DNA from: Trichoplax adhaerens
Taxonomy: Eukaryota; Animalia; Placozoa
Assembly: GCF_000150275.1 (NCBI RefSeq)
Contig: NW_002060949.1
Location: forward strand, 4,955,006-5,019,005
DNA length: 64,000 nt
Reading direction: 5' to 3'
Below the pieces are notes generated by a model. That model made no database searches. It worked only from the letters and a program-made list of their open reading frames with translations, and was not told where the DNA came from. Position numbers and translations under genes: made by a program. This document shows, one piece after another, positions 1-15,000 of the stretch (within the stretch, counting starts at the first letter, position 1; the number at the start of each line of letters is the position of its first letter).

Positions 1-294
1 GATATAATACAGAAACAAACTTTTTCCTTTCATATTCTTTAATTTGTTACTGAATAAGCTATTTAAATGTACGAGACTCGTAGATATCAATGGTTATCCT
101 TTTCAATAGTGGCTAAATTTTACTACCGGACTACGTTCTCCCTGAATAGATCATAAAGACTCGTACTGATAAGTACCATATATCAAATGACATATAAGAT
201 ATCGATGCTAATGTAATCTATTTGTTGCCATGTATCCTCATTTTTTTTTAAATTAGTCTGCTTTATACTACTATGAAATTATAGAAGATCATAC

Positions 295-1408
295 TTCCAA
301 ACAGCAACCAAAGCTGTGGCGTACCCAAGGCAATCATTCCCAATGGCGCAATTACACATGTTAGCCCTATATTGGCTAGAATGCTATCTCTTAGATACTT
401 TCGAAGGAAGAGCCAACCGAGAATACCACCGGCGGCAATTCCAAGTAAACGAATACTTTCAAAGATGTAAGCATTCGCTGATGTCCAACAATATGGATAC
501 AAGACAAGATAGGTATTGACCAAATCGGTCAATATAGCGTAAGAAAATACAGTGAAAACTAATGCTACCAATAACAAGCGAAATCGTAATTTATGTTTTC
601 TTTTCCTTACTAAAGTAAAGCATGTCACGCCAAAGCTAATTAATATGTCCAATAGCAGATTTTTTTTTACTACATTGTGATCATTTCTTGAACAATTATA
701 TTTGAGATGTATAAATATAAATGCAAAGATCAAACTGATTATATATATACTAATACAGATAATTAATATGACAATTAAATTATAATGGGAAAGCCCTCGA
801 AAAATCATCTGTAAAGAAATAGCATAACCTATATACATGCAAACTGTTAAGGTTGCCCACTGTAAGCCTTGATATTTTTGTGGGCAACCTTCACCTACGA
901 TGGCAAATAAACTAAAGATGAACGTTGGTAAGCCACCTGTTAAGCCTAATACTAATGATCCATATATCAGTAAATTGGGATTGTAACGGCCGTATACAGT
1001 TAAGAATGCCATGATGGCTTGACAAAGTAAACCGAATATAGATATAAGTGCATAAATAGAACGTTTGCCATAACGATCCGACCAACTTGCTAACAAGATG
1101 GAACTAATAGCCGTGGATATACAGGTTACCAAGTTAATAGTACTAATGGACACAATAGACGGTCTAGTCATGCTAATTGCAGCCAATCGATACGTTTGTG
1201 ATGAGTTAAAATAGATGCATGAACTATTCGATAAATAATAGTTTGCAATCGGCTCAATATGTCTTCGTCCTTGTTGGTCGACAATAAGATTGGTTTCAAT
1301 AGCATACTGAACCATATAATTCGTTAATACAATGATAGTTAACAAAAAATGACTTGGCGACAATGCCTTATGAATAGCTTTACTAACTTGAAATTTGGCG
1401 ACTGTCAT
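295..1408 (-). CDS. SLC46/PCFT-like MFS transporter paralog 1 (large exon; 3' exons lie left of the window)
   Basis: 381-aa multi-TM ORF with WSDRYGKR loop, LGLTGG and YPYCW motifs shared with the other two paralogs. Donor TTTGGAA|GTATGA ends the exon at 295. A phase-1 acceptor (CATCAG|AA ATG) at 1411-1412 suggests a short upstream exon. Confidence 0.8.
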
Positions 1409-2309
1409 TTCTGATGTAACTTTAATTAGAAACCAGCGGAGAAGATAATGTTGTATAATAAATACCAGTATCCGTATATAATCAATTTATAGCCAATGAA
1501 AAGTTTCTTGCTTATGCCGTCTACAGGATAAATGGCAACTGAGATGTTTGAATAGACTGAATTCGATTAACCAATTATAGTAGACATCTTGTTTTATAAG
1601 TTAATGCAATTTACGTTCTTTAATGACGATAATTCCAAATGTCCTGTTAATCCTAATCATCAATTGCCTTATAAGGTAGCCATAAAGTGGATAATATCCA
1701 CATAAACGCTCATAGATACCAATACTATTTGATTCAATAACTACGATCGGCAGTTTAAATCTAGTAACTCCTAGTCGGTCATTACCATAAACTGATCATT
1801 ATGTAACGATAACTTACTACTTCAGATCTTACTTGCCAGTATCATTGATAGAAGTCATTTATCTTAACAAATTACCGAGTAAAATTAGCGCATAAGTAGT
1901 TCTACGCAATGTATATGTGTACACAGCCTTGGTGAGTTGATTTTAATTATTATACCGTGCATTCAAGGACTATTGTAAATTTTTTTGACCAACGGACTCT
2001 GGACACCTACGGCAAATTATTACTATGAATTGTCTACTGTATACAATAGTCGATGCTAGAAAAATAATAACTTTTAGCTTGGAAACGTCATCTGCTGGTA
2101 CTATATACAACTACTGTCAAGTTGCTCAAACATAATGTTTGCTTTATTGACATTGCGTCGAAAACATGGCATTGGTGGTAATATTAAAGAGAGCTAATGC
2201 ATCTAATTTTATCCACGCCCACTTTGACTTCAAACATAAATTATCAAAGCTTATAGAATATTTCTACAGAATCTTGTGTGGGATGTTGAAATTAATTATA
2301 ATAATTCTT

Positions 2310-3329
2310 TATTTACTTTTTAGCTTATTTACTACGACATTTAACTGATTTTACGAATGATGCTTATGAAGGTATTGAAGATATTTTATGACATCGTACT
2401 GAGTATAGTATCAATTAATATTAGCTCATTCGCACGACATGGTATGCGGGTTAGGCTAGTAACGGTATATATGAATTTAATGTATTGTATGAACAGTATT
2501 CTATAATTTTCTATTTATATTTTATAGCTTATTTACTACAGCATTTAACTGATTTTACGAATGATGCTTATGAAGGTATTGAAGATATTTTATGGCATCG
2601 TACTGAGTATAGTATCAATTAATATTAGCTCATTCGCACGACATGGTATGCGGGTTAGGCTAGTAACGGTATATATGAATTTAATGTATTGTATGAACAG
2701 TATTCTATAATTTTCTATTTATATCTTATAGCTTATTTACTACGACATTTAACTGATTTTACGAATGATGCTTATGAAGGTATTGAAGATATTTTATGGC
2801 ATCGTACTGAGTATAGTATCAATTAATATTAGCTCATTCGCACGACATGGTATGCGGGTTAGGCTAGTAACGCTATATATGAATTTAATGTATTGTATGA
2901 ACAGTATTCTATAATTTTCTATTTATATTTTATAGCTTATTTACCACAGCATTTAACTGATTTTACGAATGATGCTTATGAAGGTATTGAAGATATTTTA
3001 TGGCATCGTACTGAGTATAGTATCAATTAATATTATCTCATTCGCACGACATGGTATGTGGGTTAGGCTAGTAACGGTATATATGAATTTAATGAATTTA
3101 ATGTATTGTATGAACAGTATTCTATAATTTTCTATTTATATTTTATAGCTTATTTACTACAGCATTTAACTGATTTTACGAATGATGCTTATGAAGGTAT
3201 TGAAGATATTTTATGGCATCGTACTGAGTATAGTATCAATTAATATTATCTCATTCGCACGACATGGTATGCGGGTTAGGCTAGTAACGGTATATATGAA
3301 TTTAATGTGTTGTATAAACAGTATTCTAT
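2310..3329. repeat. Tandem array, ~5 near-identical copies of a 204-bp unit
   Basis: TAGCTTATTTAC recurs at 2321, 2525, 2729, 2933 and 3146. The fourth unit is 213 bp because of a 9-bp GAATTTAAT duplication. Confidence 0.97.
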
Positions 3330-4173
3330 GATACTGAAGTTCCGTGTAAGGTGCCGGTACTGTAGTAGTCCATTACGAGTTAACCCACTCGAGGGCAACT
3401 GAAGGTAATAACATTGGTCAAATTTGCCAATAAAACTACATAGTTTGCATAGACTACAATACCGCTATGGTGTGTAATAATCATTATATTGTATTTACAA
3501 GTTTGATAATATTTAATTTTATCAAGTGTATTTGTTACCTTGCGTTGTAAACTCTTTAAATCCAAAAATCAAAATCAATTAGCAGAATATGATAGATACA
3601 CAATACTGACTCCTCCTGGAATATATCCCGATCAACCCTTTACAACCAGATACATGGACATTTACAAAAATATACGTAAAAATCATAGGTTGTTGAGATC
3701 AACTTTAAAATAGGTATGAAGCGGATCAGATGATCCTAAGAAGATGCTGAAGAGTTTACGTATATTTATACACATATACACGGTTAAGCAAAAGCCTTAC
3801 ACATCCTGTAATAATAATTTTTATTATTGTTGCTGTTGTGTGAGACTAAGCCATACTTGTTAATAAATAAGATCGAGAAGTTATATTGTAAGTTCTATTC
3901 ATTCAAGTTCATTAAAGACAGTGGCATGTAGCGATTTGATATGGCTAAAAGTACAATTATCCAGGTAATTAAAAATATTAATAAACACATGATATAATGA
4001 TCTATCCGCAGGAAATAAATTTCAGCTAACAGTTTATGTGATCATCTTTGAAAATATTATATAGGACTAAGGTTCAGGACCACATAGAAAGTTGAAATAA
4101 AGTCTTAGGGTGTTATTTTAATATAGGTTTAATAATATAACCAACTTAAACGGTATAGATAGATATTGTCATA

Positions 4174-6320
4174 TTACGCTTCTGATGTTTCTCCATGCCG
4201 ACGGTTTCTACAGTTTCTTATCGTTCTAAACCTATAAGATATAAGACATGACATATCCGTGATATTAATGAACTGATTTAACAATCAAGAATTGGGAAAT
4301 AAAACTTAGAATTAGCTAATCGTACATATAATTTTTCTATGTAAGGGATGCATTGCTTTAATTCATAATGCCTTACCATATTATACACTTGGGGATTAGG
4401 TATAATACTGCTATGGGGATGAATACAGTAGATGGATTGGAATATCGAGAGGCCAGAAAAATACCGTAATAAATAGGAAAGGCAACTATAGCAATAATTA
4501 TCTCAAGTAGTGCAATAAAGCAAAAAAGAACACCTATATATAAAGTATATAATAATAACTGTTATACGAAATCACGGAAATGCGATAATTTACTACAGTA
4601 CTTATTATATCATGATACAAACCTTGATTCTCATTTGATACCACGCTAGATAGTTGACCATAGATGCAAGGAAAAGTTACGCCGCCAACAGCTCCTACTG
4701 CAATAGCTAGAAGTATTATACAACGAGGATGGAATATAATCGTAAGTTTTTAACCAACTATATTTGATGAATATCAAGTAGTTATTAATTCATGACATCG
4801 CTTGCTGTAAAGTGTAAGTAATGTCAAAGGGAATCATGACGTTCGATCGTGTAAGAAATGGAGCGCTATTTGAGCAGTATTAATACAGTATAGGTACATA
4901 AATGAATTACAATAATCCAAATGACATATCGTAAACATACTTCCGTATACTGTGGGATTATGCGTGGCCATGGACAAAATTCCAATTTGAACGGTAAAAA
5001 AAGTCATACCAATACCAGCAATTGACATTTCCGATAAAATCTTTTTGAAGGCAAGCCAGACGACGATACCACCAATTGCAAAACTTGCAGCACGATAAGT
5101 ATCATATTCCAGAATTTGATCAAGGTTCCAGCACAACGGATAACCGGCGAGGTATATGTTAATTATTTCAGCAAATCCAGTGGTTGGAAACATAGTAAAG
5201 AAGAAAATTACTAGCAAGGCATAGTAATACTTTCTAGAGGCATCCTCTCCCGGTTTGTATATAGTTTTAAAAAATTTGGGAAAGTTACGCCAAAGGTCAG
5301 GAATATGATCTTTAGCCCGTTTGATTTCATAATTCTTCGTAGCAACAACAAGATGTGCTTGTAAAAAGATCACAGTGTATATCACTGCTAATGCCAATAA
5401 CACGACTGCAAAAATTAAGGGAGGTTTAAAGCCGTAGTATTTAGCCCATCTTTCCGAAGTGGTTGCAGTTATGGCTTCAGCCACGAAAATGACAAATTGG
5501 ATAATTACAAAGCGTGTTGTACGGCTAATTTTCAAATCGATATCCACTACGTACGCGTAACAACTAAATAAGAACGTCGGATAATTTCCAAATAATCCAG
5601 AGATTACATTTCCAGGGATAATTGCCGCTGGTGATGCTGTGGTTGCGACGGTAAGCACGGATCCAACAGCTTGAAATAGAAATCCGGTTATACACAATAC
5701 CAGGAAAATCTTTCTATTTTGATACAGGTCAGACCAAACAGAGTAAACAACAGATAATATAAGGCCAGGTAAATAGCTCGATAAGTTAATAATGGAAATC
5801 CATATAATCGGCGGCAAGGGTTTGGGAGGAGTTGATCCCGTTGGAGATGGAACTTTAGTAGGTGTGTTGTTTAAATGTCGATAGGGTAAGCAACTATTGG
5901 CAGGTCGCACAATAGTTTGAAAAACAGATGCATTTGGAGCAATTCGCAATAGAGGGTAAAAGTATGGATAAGAATCGCTTAGTTCATTTACAGTGCCGAT
6001 CGAGAAAATGACGAGAAATATGACGATAAGGATATTAACGAAAGGATACTTTCGGATTGTTAGGAGTAGATTATACTTGGATTGTTTATAATTGTTGTTA
6101 TCAGCAGCGGTAACTAAAATAGTTGAGAAAAGACGAATGATTAATAGAATAGAAATTTAAAGGAACTCCTACTGTACCATCAGAGAATATTGAAGCTCAT
6201 ATATAGTACAGTGTTGACTAATTGACAAAAACTCTAAAAGTGATGTTATTGTACAGTATACGGAAGATACTGTACACATAATATTCCATATTGTCTATTA
6301 CGATAGATAGTCCCCGCCAT
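4174..6320 (-). CDS. SLC46/PCFT-like MFS transporter paralog 2; exons 6302-6320 (tentative), 4941-6113, 4623-4706, 4377-4533, 4174-4231
   Basis: The frame extends upstream of the ORF-track start to an acceptor at 6114-6115. All introns are GT-AG and phase-compatible. An 84-nt exon encodes TIAVGAVGGVTFPCIYGQLSSVVSNENQG. Stop TAA at 4174-4176. The first exon begins AAAATGGCG and has a phase-1 donor. Confidence 0.85.
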
Positions 6321-6678
6321 TTTGAATCAAAACTTTAAAACACTTCCTTTCAGTTGTTCTATAGTAATTGCTTCTACATAATACAGTGCATCTGTCTCGG
6401 GTATATGATCGTGCATTATACAATTATACAGTGGCGATCCTGCTCAAAAAGAAAGTAGGCCAACACACAAATATACCGCAATGCTTTGATAAATAAATAC
6501 TGGTTATTGGACATAGGGAGAGCACATGATGCTCACGTTTTAATTATAATTATTTCTATTTGACGTAGCAAAGAACGAAGCTGTTGATACCGTTATTCAT
6601 TTCATATGATTTCATGATGAGGTAATCCAGTCTCATAATGTCAAGAGTATCGATGCCGTCTTATCGTCCAATCATCCC

Positions 6679-6992
6679 ACTTTTTGGACACTTTAGATAG
6701 AATGGAAGTATTTTATTTACTGCTAGTATCCACTTTGATTGTTGCTAAGGAATCAATCAGTTATAATGACTAATAAAGAAGGCAAGAGTTTATGTTGCAA
6801 ATGAACTTACTATTATAGTTGTAAGTAAAGTACTAACTGTAGTAGAGAAGAACACTACAGTACTATATCACTTTTTAGACACTTTAGACAGAAGGCAAGT
6901 ATTTTATTTACTACTGGTATCTACTTTGACTGTTGTTAAGCATGCAATCACTTGTAATGGCTAGTAAAGAAGGGCAAGGGTTTAAGTTACAA
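6679..6992. repeat. Diverged direct repeat, two ~120-bp copies about 190 bp apart
   Basis: GACACTTTAGA...AAGTATTTTATTTACT...ACTTTGA...AAAGAAGG occurs at ~6687 and ~6877. Confidence 0.8.
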
Positions 6993-7581
6993 TTTCAAGT
7001 AAAGCACCAAACTGTATACTGCAACTACTGCAATACAGAAAAATATGTTGTTTGAGTTATGCACGGTGCTGTAGAAGCATGACTGGCTTGGTGTTACATT
7101 AATTCACTACGACGTATACGACGGGGGCTGGTATGGCACTTGTGAAGTCTAAACGAGAATCAATTGACTGTTACAAGTTTAAAGGGGAAATAAACACTAA
7201 TGGTGTGTAGATCAAACTACGTTTGTCTATATATATACAATGCCACCTTTTATTTCCTTTTGACACAAATCTTGCTACATTAAGATTTGCTTGTGGACTC
7301 TATTTTCAGAATCGTCATAAAGTGTCAAATTGAGCTAGTGAAATACTCGAAGGACGAAGTAAGTAGGTATCTGCAAAAGGACTACATGGCCTCATTTTAC
7401 TGCTGATACAGAAATATGCTTCATGAATCAATGTACTAATGATCTAACGTAAGTGAAAATCATTTCAAGCCCTTTCTCATATCCAATTTATCTGCTATAA
7501 AAATATTTTCAATTTTAGACTGGTAGTATAGATGATCAGGTATCAGGCATAGCATTTTTTCCATTCTTGATGACGAAAACA

Positions 7582-8320
7582 TTGTACACTTACTGTACAG
7601 TAGACTGTGTACACTGTACAGTCGTAGTAGGCCATATTCAACGAGATACAGTAAGTCATTTACCTGCAGGTAATTCGGTAGCTGTTTCTTCCATATTGAT
7701 CTCTAATGCTTTCTTGCTTCACCTATTAGCTAGAAAGTTTACTAAAAGTGTAGTTTAATTTGAATAATAATTAATTTCCAACCAATTTTGCTGACAATTT
7801 CTTTCGCTAAATCCCTCGTCCAACTACTACAACAGTAGACATCAGCCAACAGTCCGGAATTAGAGTACTAACCAACCAAACGCAATTGAGATTCTGGTTG
7901 ATACAATACCTACGGTACGGTACGGCGCGATACGGCACGGAACGGTGCGATACGGTACGGTACACTAGAATAGTACTATAACGTACTGTACTTGCTGGTT
8001 ATATCTTTGAGCTGGTCATTTATTCATTACGCTACTGTACACTGTACAGATCATAAGTACAGATTTGATAGAGTTGGAAGAGAAAAGGGGTTGTACAAAA
8101 AAACTCTACAGGATAGATGACCAAGCAAATCACGTGCTTAGACAATGACTCTAGCCTTGTCTAGCTCAGCCCCATACAGTACGTGGCGTAGTGAAAGTGA
8201 GCATCCCCCATACAGTACATGCTACAACGTAGCACTGTATCAACCACATCGGTACAGTACTGCGTCATGTTTTGTACGCCACAGTACATTACTGTAGGAC
8301 ACTGCACTGTGCACTCTACG
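7582..8320. repeat. Interrupted TACAG/CTGTA and TACGG pentamer low-complexity tracts
   Basis: For example TGTACACTTACTGTACAGTAGACTGTGTACACTGTACAG (~7583) and TACGGTACGGTACGG (~7911). Confidence 0.75.
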
Positions 8321-9091
8321 CCTTCCATTGTTTCGACTCCACTAGATTGACTAAGAGACTTTCCATCCAAATAAAGAAATAAATAAATAAATAAATAATA
8401 ATAAAAGGAAATTCCCCCAAATACTCGTACATTATACGGGAAGAGTAAATAAATAAGTAAAAGCCATCCTATTTCTTCATTAGATCATTATCAGACGATC
8501 TCATCAGCTTGTAAATTAAAGGATACTGGTGTTCAGCACTCACTATACACTGTACTGTCTTGCTTACTGGACTAGCGTAACAATAATTGATCCTTGATCC
8601 AGTAGTTTGGATGTTGTGTAAGTAAAAAAAAAAAGGGCGCACTGCCTCCGACATCGTTGCAACGGACTTCAACGAAACTGCTATCCTACCACTGCATACT
8701 TGGCAGCCAACAACAAAGTAGTCAGTGAAATACAGATTCAAAATAGACGCGATCCTTATTGATTATTGGACTACTTGTTCAAGCAGCAGACGAAATACGG
8801 AAAAGTGAATACAGTAATTTGTTATAAAATAAATAAAGAATGATGCTTAATATTGATCCTCAATAGGAGGAATCAATCCTGGTGATAGCATGCATCTCTC
8901 TGACGCCACTCTTGGCTTTGTTGCATTCAATGTGCAACTCTTGAATTATTTTATTTTGATTGTATTTTACGTCGTATGCTTAGTGTTGTCTTGCTAGCTA
9001 TCTATTTCAAGTCATTTTTCACCCTTGTAAATAGGTAGAAAACCCGCACCCATCCATTGAACATCTCAAGTCCTGTACAAAAGCTACCAAA

Positions 9092-12000
9092 ATGAATGAT
9101 TTTGTCGAAGAGGATGAAGTTGAAATTGCAGGTAAACCACTTGATCCATCAATCTTAACATGAATCGACGTATGCGTTTACTTTGATCAATTGTACGATA
9201 GAATCGTAACGTGAAGAAAACGTAAAACTCGTATCGTAGTAAATTGCACGGAAAGATACCAATAAAGGAGAGAATTTTTTGCTATTCAATTTTCCGACTG
9301 AATTACATGGACAGGAGACATCTTACAGAAGTACACGTAACAGTCGTAATAGCTTTACAAGTTTGAGCAATACAATGCGATACTGTCAACGTAAAGCTTA
9401 TATATTATAATAAGCTAAAAGCAGTTGAGTTGCAGTATTCTATTTTCTCTGAATTATTCTATCAGTTCCTTGAGTTCGATATTGATGTATATACTAGTGG
9501 GATTTGTCGCAGAAGTACTCACGATAAAATAAGTCTAGCTAAAGATAGTGAATGCATTTGTACAGTACTTTATTATCGAACAGATAATACAGTATGGAAT
9601 TTGCAGGATCTGTATAGTGCAGTCCCCCCAAATAGCTTAAGATTAATAAGATTGGTAATTGAATAGACAAACTAATCTAGGTAATAAAGATTTACAAAAT
9701 GTTAAAGTTGCTATTATACGTATTATTGTAAAGATATTTTTGATCACAGTTACCATAAACTCTTATTGATTTGACAAATAAGCAATGATGTGCTAAAAAG
9801 AGTCGATGACTGTTCCATATTCACCAAATTGCTATGGTAGCCATGTGGTAACGTTAATTAGGTTTTATCTTAACGTAAATCATGTATCCATAATTTGCGT
9901 TGCAATGACAGTCAATGTCTAGATCGGGTCCCGTCCCGCTTGGCAAAGAATTAGTGACAATCGACATTCGGGCTTGTAATGACAACGACATTTTACCATG
10001 ACAGTGTACTGATAGTCATCATCAAGAAATAATCGCCTAAGCGATCTGTGAATATTTTCAATTTACAATTTGACGATACCATGTGCTATCGTTTGGTAAA
10101 TTACGTAAATAGTGTGTTTCGTGATTTCCCTTGCAGTGCCAATGACGATGACATTTATGATTGTACTGTATGTACTGTAGCGATTATTAAGAAATAAACG
10201 CGTTGGCACGAGATCTGTTAATCGTTTTACAGCTTGCCATAGTGTTCTGTTCTTACTTCATTATTGCTACTACTTATAGTTATTATTGACAGTAGGATGC
10301 TAGCGTAATTTACTGACCTCTGATACTACGAATATTATACAGTATAGTGGATAATTAATCAATGACCATCAACCACAGCGTTAGTAAGCTGTGCATGTAC
10401 AGTATAATGTACAGCAATGCAGTCTAAGAAGCTCTTAATGCGCCGTAGATGGTAGACGTTAATTGTAGATGACATCATAAATCCACTGATGGTCATGGTG
10501 GCTTTTATTTCTATGAAATCAAACTAATTTATGATGTCATAAATTAAGGTACTAAGTTTAGATACTTTGCCTATTTTTCTCCTCCGATCATATGACTGGC
10601 AGTATTGTGTTGGTAGACATACGAGCACGTATGCTTCTATTTTTCCCCAGTGGCCAATGATTGCAAATTCACGAAGTGGTTAATACCTTTATTTAATAAT
10701 AAGTCAATAAATAATAGTAATAAAATATTGCATTTCATACCACTACGATTTGCTCCATACAATTTAATAGCCATGTTAACATGCGTATAATGGCGATACG
10801 ATTATGCTCTAAATCCTAAAATCTCATGCGTTGACTTGCTACTTTTTAGTCAAAGTCAATACGCGTATGCTCGTAGGTACAGTATAGTAAAACATAATCG
10901 TGTTTATTGATTAGTTTTGCGTCATGTAGAATTGAATCCTAACGTATGGTCCGTAATCAGTCTATGAGATTGATCCAAAACACGTTTTAAGAGTCTTCGT
11001 ATTGTGGACAAAATTTCATGGGTTATACTGTAAATACAAATTAGACAACTAGTACTGTAAATATTCTGAATCTAGTTGTCACGAAGGTTTAAAACTTGAT
11101 TTGTTCTTACGAACGTATCATATGTCGTCCTAAGCTTATTGATTAAAACATGTAGTACAGTATGCGTAGTAACAGGCTACCGGAATGGAATTACCTACTA
11201 ATGGTGTATTAAATAAGATGTTTCACTTTTTAACGTATTTTTTATTCGTCAATATACAATATGTAATAAGTATTGTAATTAATAATATTGCTTCTCCCTC
11301 AGCTTTGATTGTTCAACTGCATTAATGAAGTACTTAATACAAAAAATACATGAAATTGAAGTGATAGATTGATTGATACGATCAAAAATTGGGGGCAAAC
11401 TGCTTTACAATGATTGTAGCTATGAATAGCAACAGTTTACAGCTATAACAAAGTGCTGACATGGACACAGAGGTCTATGGTATAGGTACAAGCAAGCATG
11501 GGCTACTGCAATCTCCTGTTATTATCCATCTTGATTCTGTACAATTTAGAAAAATAGACAATATAAGAAAGGGAGTGATACAAATGCCAACTGAGCTAAT
11601 ATGCCTTGGTATTTGCGTGCATATGCATACACATTCTACAGTGCACAATGCTTTAATTCGTAAAGAAATGCGTAGTATACAAAATAATAACATAGAATAT
11701 TACAACGTAGACTGTATAGTATATTAATGGTAATAGCTAGTCGCACACCATAAGGTACTTAAAACAGAACTCAAGTAATTATATATAATTGAATATATTA
11801 CTTTTCTCTACGTCAATTTCTACAAATTGACGAGCTCACTACCTCAAGTGCTACCGACTATCACAACCATTGAAACTATAACTTCGTGGGAAAGATTGCT
11901 CGTGGCGAATTAGATAAAGCTATATTACACTTTGATTGAAGTGATTCTACTTTTGGCTACCTTTTGTAATACTCATTTTTTACGGTCTAAAGCAAAATAC

Positions 12001-15000
12001 TTCAATCAAAATTTTACAGCACTACAATTTTGCTAATAGATAAAGTGCTGTACGAGTATATGTATCTATTATATAGTTACTGCTAAGGATTATTACAGAG
12101 TGTTTAATTTTAAATTTATAAACTAACTTCAATCTTGCTAATTGCACAAATCTGCTTAATTTTAGACTGTAAAATTTAGATTTTAAATTGTCGGACCTAC
12201 TTATTAACTATAGACAGTTTGTATAGCTGTAGTGAATAACAGTTACAAGAGTCGTCTAGGTCAATTAGTTCAAAAAAGCTTGAAAGCTTTTAGTGTCTAT
12301 CTACACGTATTGCATCTCTTTTTTCAGTTTGAAGGCTAAAGCTTCTTGATGCTATAGGTGATACTAGTTTGTATCTAGACGGATTAATTATAATAGCTAA
12401 TATTGTTTTTACAATCGTACGGTAGTTATAGGAATACGGTTTTAGTTATCTAAAATTAGCATAAATCGTTTCTTACTTGAAATTAATCAATTAGCATGGA
12501 TGAGACGGCTAAACCAGTAAGTGAAGAATTGGATGATTTATTCGTAGGTAGTGGCAATACCAAATCCAGGTTTTCCATTCCTATACTACGTCGCTACGTT
12601 TCACATATTGAAGTCGTAATATTCCTAGTATTTCTCGGCTACGGAATAGGCAACGAATTGTCTACCTCTTATCCAATTTTTTACAATACTTTAAAAAACT
12701 CACCAAATGCTTCGATATTTACTGGTCGCAATTCCAGCTATTGCATCCCCTATGGCCTATTACCTAAACCCAATATCACGAACAAACCGTCTTCGCAGCA
12801 TCATGAGCTATCACCAGTTGTTTGGATCGCTATTGTTAATTCAGTATACATTCTTCCGTCTGCTTTCTTCTCCATAATTTACTCTGTTTGGTCTGATCAG
12901 TACCGGAGTCGAAGGACCTTCTTAATAATGTCCATGACCGGTATTTTTATACAAATCATCGGTTATATCATTACTATCGCAACAATTTCGTCCCCAGCCG
13001 GCTTTATCGTTGGTAATGTGATGTCTGGAATATTTGGCGGCTATCCCACATTCATATTTTGCTGCTACGCTTACGTGGTAGATCTTAATAGCCAAAGTTC
13101 TCGTACATCTCGTTTCGTTTATATTCAGCTAGCTCAGCTACTCACTCAAGGCATCGCTACAATTGTAGGTGAGCAATGGGCAAAATACTACGGTTTTATT
13201 CCTCCTCTCGCACTATCTGCTGTAGTTGTAGCTTTAGCTATCTTCTACGTTTGGTATTTGTTGGAAGCGCCAAATGTCAAAGCCAGCATTTATGACATGA
13301 AACGGACAAGAGAATACGCCGCCGATATTTCTAAAAATATCGCCTTTTTCTTTAAGACCATCTTTAAATCTCGTGATAATAAAGTGCATTATTGCTTGAT
13401 ATGGGTTATTATTTCATTCGTATTACTTTCCGTGATTGGTTTTTTTGAAACGATTAACCTCTATCTATCCGGTTATCCGTATTGCTGGTCTATCGATAAA
13501 GTATTAATATATGATTGTGGACGAGAAATAGCTATGGGAGCAGGAGCAGTTATTGGCTGGTTACTGTTTAAAGGCTGCTTTACTGAATTGACAATAGCTG
13601 GTATTGGAATTACGTTTATGATTATGGAAACGATCATGATATCTGTGACGACCAGTAGCTCGGTACTATTTGGATGTAAGTGCTATTACCATTTATTTAG
13701 TCGATACATTTTATCACTTATAACACTACTGTGCATTTAGTTGTGCTGTGCCTAATTTAAGAAATTATAATAACGCAGTTGTTGATCATGTACGGGTAGA
13801 AAGATTTACCCAAATACCATGAACGTAATATCCAATGTATCTCGCAATTATATTGTATTGCATTCACCTATTACTAAATGAACAGGTCGTAATTTTTGTA
13901 CTCCTATTATTAATCTTTGCAACTATCCTACAGATATTAAAATCGAGTATATCGTTAATTTAATGTCAGCTTAAGTTAATATTCAATTATACATTGCACG
14001 GTCTGCCAGAGTAGCATTTTTCTTACCAAATGTTGCTTCATATGTCTATGCCTAATTCAAGTATGGTTATAGAATATTCTATCATTGGCTAAAATATTAA
14101 ATGAGATTCCTAAATCGCATCTTTATCTTTTCAATTATATCCAGCAATTGGTGTTGGAGCAATAGGAGGAGTTACCCTTCCTTGCTTGCTTAGCATTTTA
14201 TCTAGGCTTGTTAGTGAAGACGAACAAGGTAAACGTTTCACGTTCGCCATGTTTTATTATCATGCTCGCAGTGATGATACGGCGACTAAACTAGTCAATA
14301 TTACGATCGATAATCATCAAACTTATAACTTTAAAATCATACTGACGAGATGTCTTCATAAGCCCTTATCGTAATAGAAAGAAGTATACAATTATTTGAG
14401 TAGCGAGCAATTGCAATAGTTTTAGTAATAGCGAGTTATTCTATTGCTGCCAATATTCTATCATCTCAATACGTTTAAGCTCAATATATTGCATTACTAA
14501 ATAGTTATAGCAAGTTCATAACGTCACCGATAACATCGTAATAATTCTCATGATCTTGATATTCTAATCAATTCACGATAGTAACATCTACTCATACTTG
14601 CCCCAATTTAACTGATTAGATTTGTAATATTATAAAATTATTTTAGGAATCCTGTTCTGTTTTGCTGGCCTTCTTCAATTAATCATTGCTATAATTGGAT
14701 TGCCAACCTTCCTCGGAATATTTATGGCAAGCCGTGTAGTAAACCCTGCGATGGTTTTTATCGTCATGACTGCGATACTCGTAGTCCCTAAAGTTATCGT
14801 TTGGTAATGAAAAGCCTGATTTATGATCAATATTATAAAAGTGTGATTGTTGTCCTTACCTTATAAACATTGTTTTATCCTTAACTATAATTTCTAATAT
14901 AACCGCATTTATTCAATTGTTGAGCATGCCGATTTCCATTAAAATACTTTGTTGATCGTCCACATACCGTTAATAATCATAGTTTAATTTTAGTTTTCTA

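Noticed and set aside
1833-1858. Candidate first exon of SLC46 paralog 1 (ATG ATA CTG GCA A|GTAAGA)
   Set aside because: Phase-compatible, but only 13 nt with a competing out-of-frame upstream ATG. Not supportable without transcripts.
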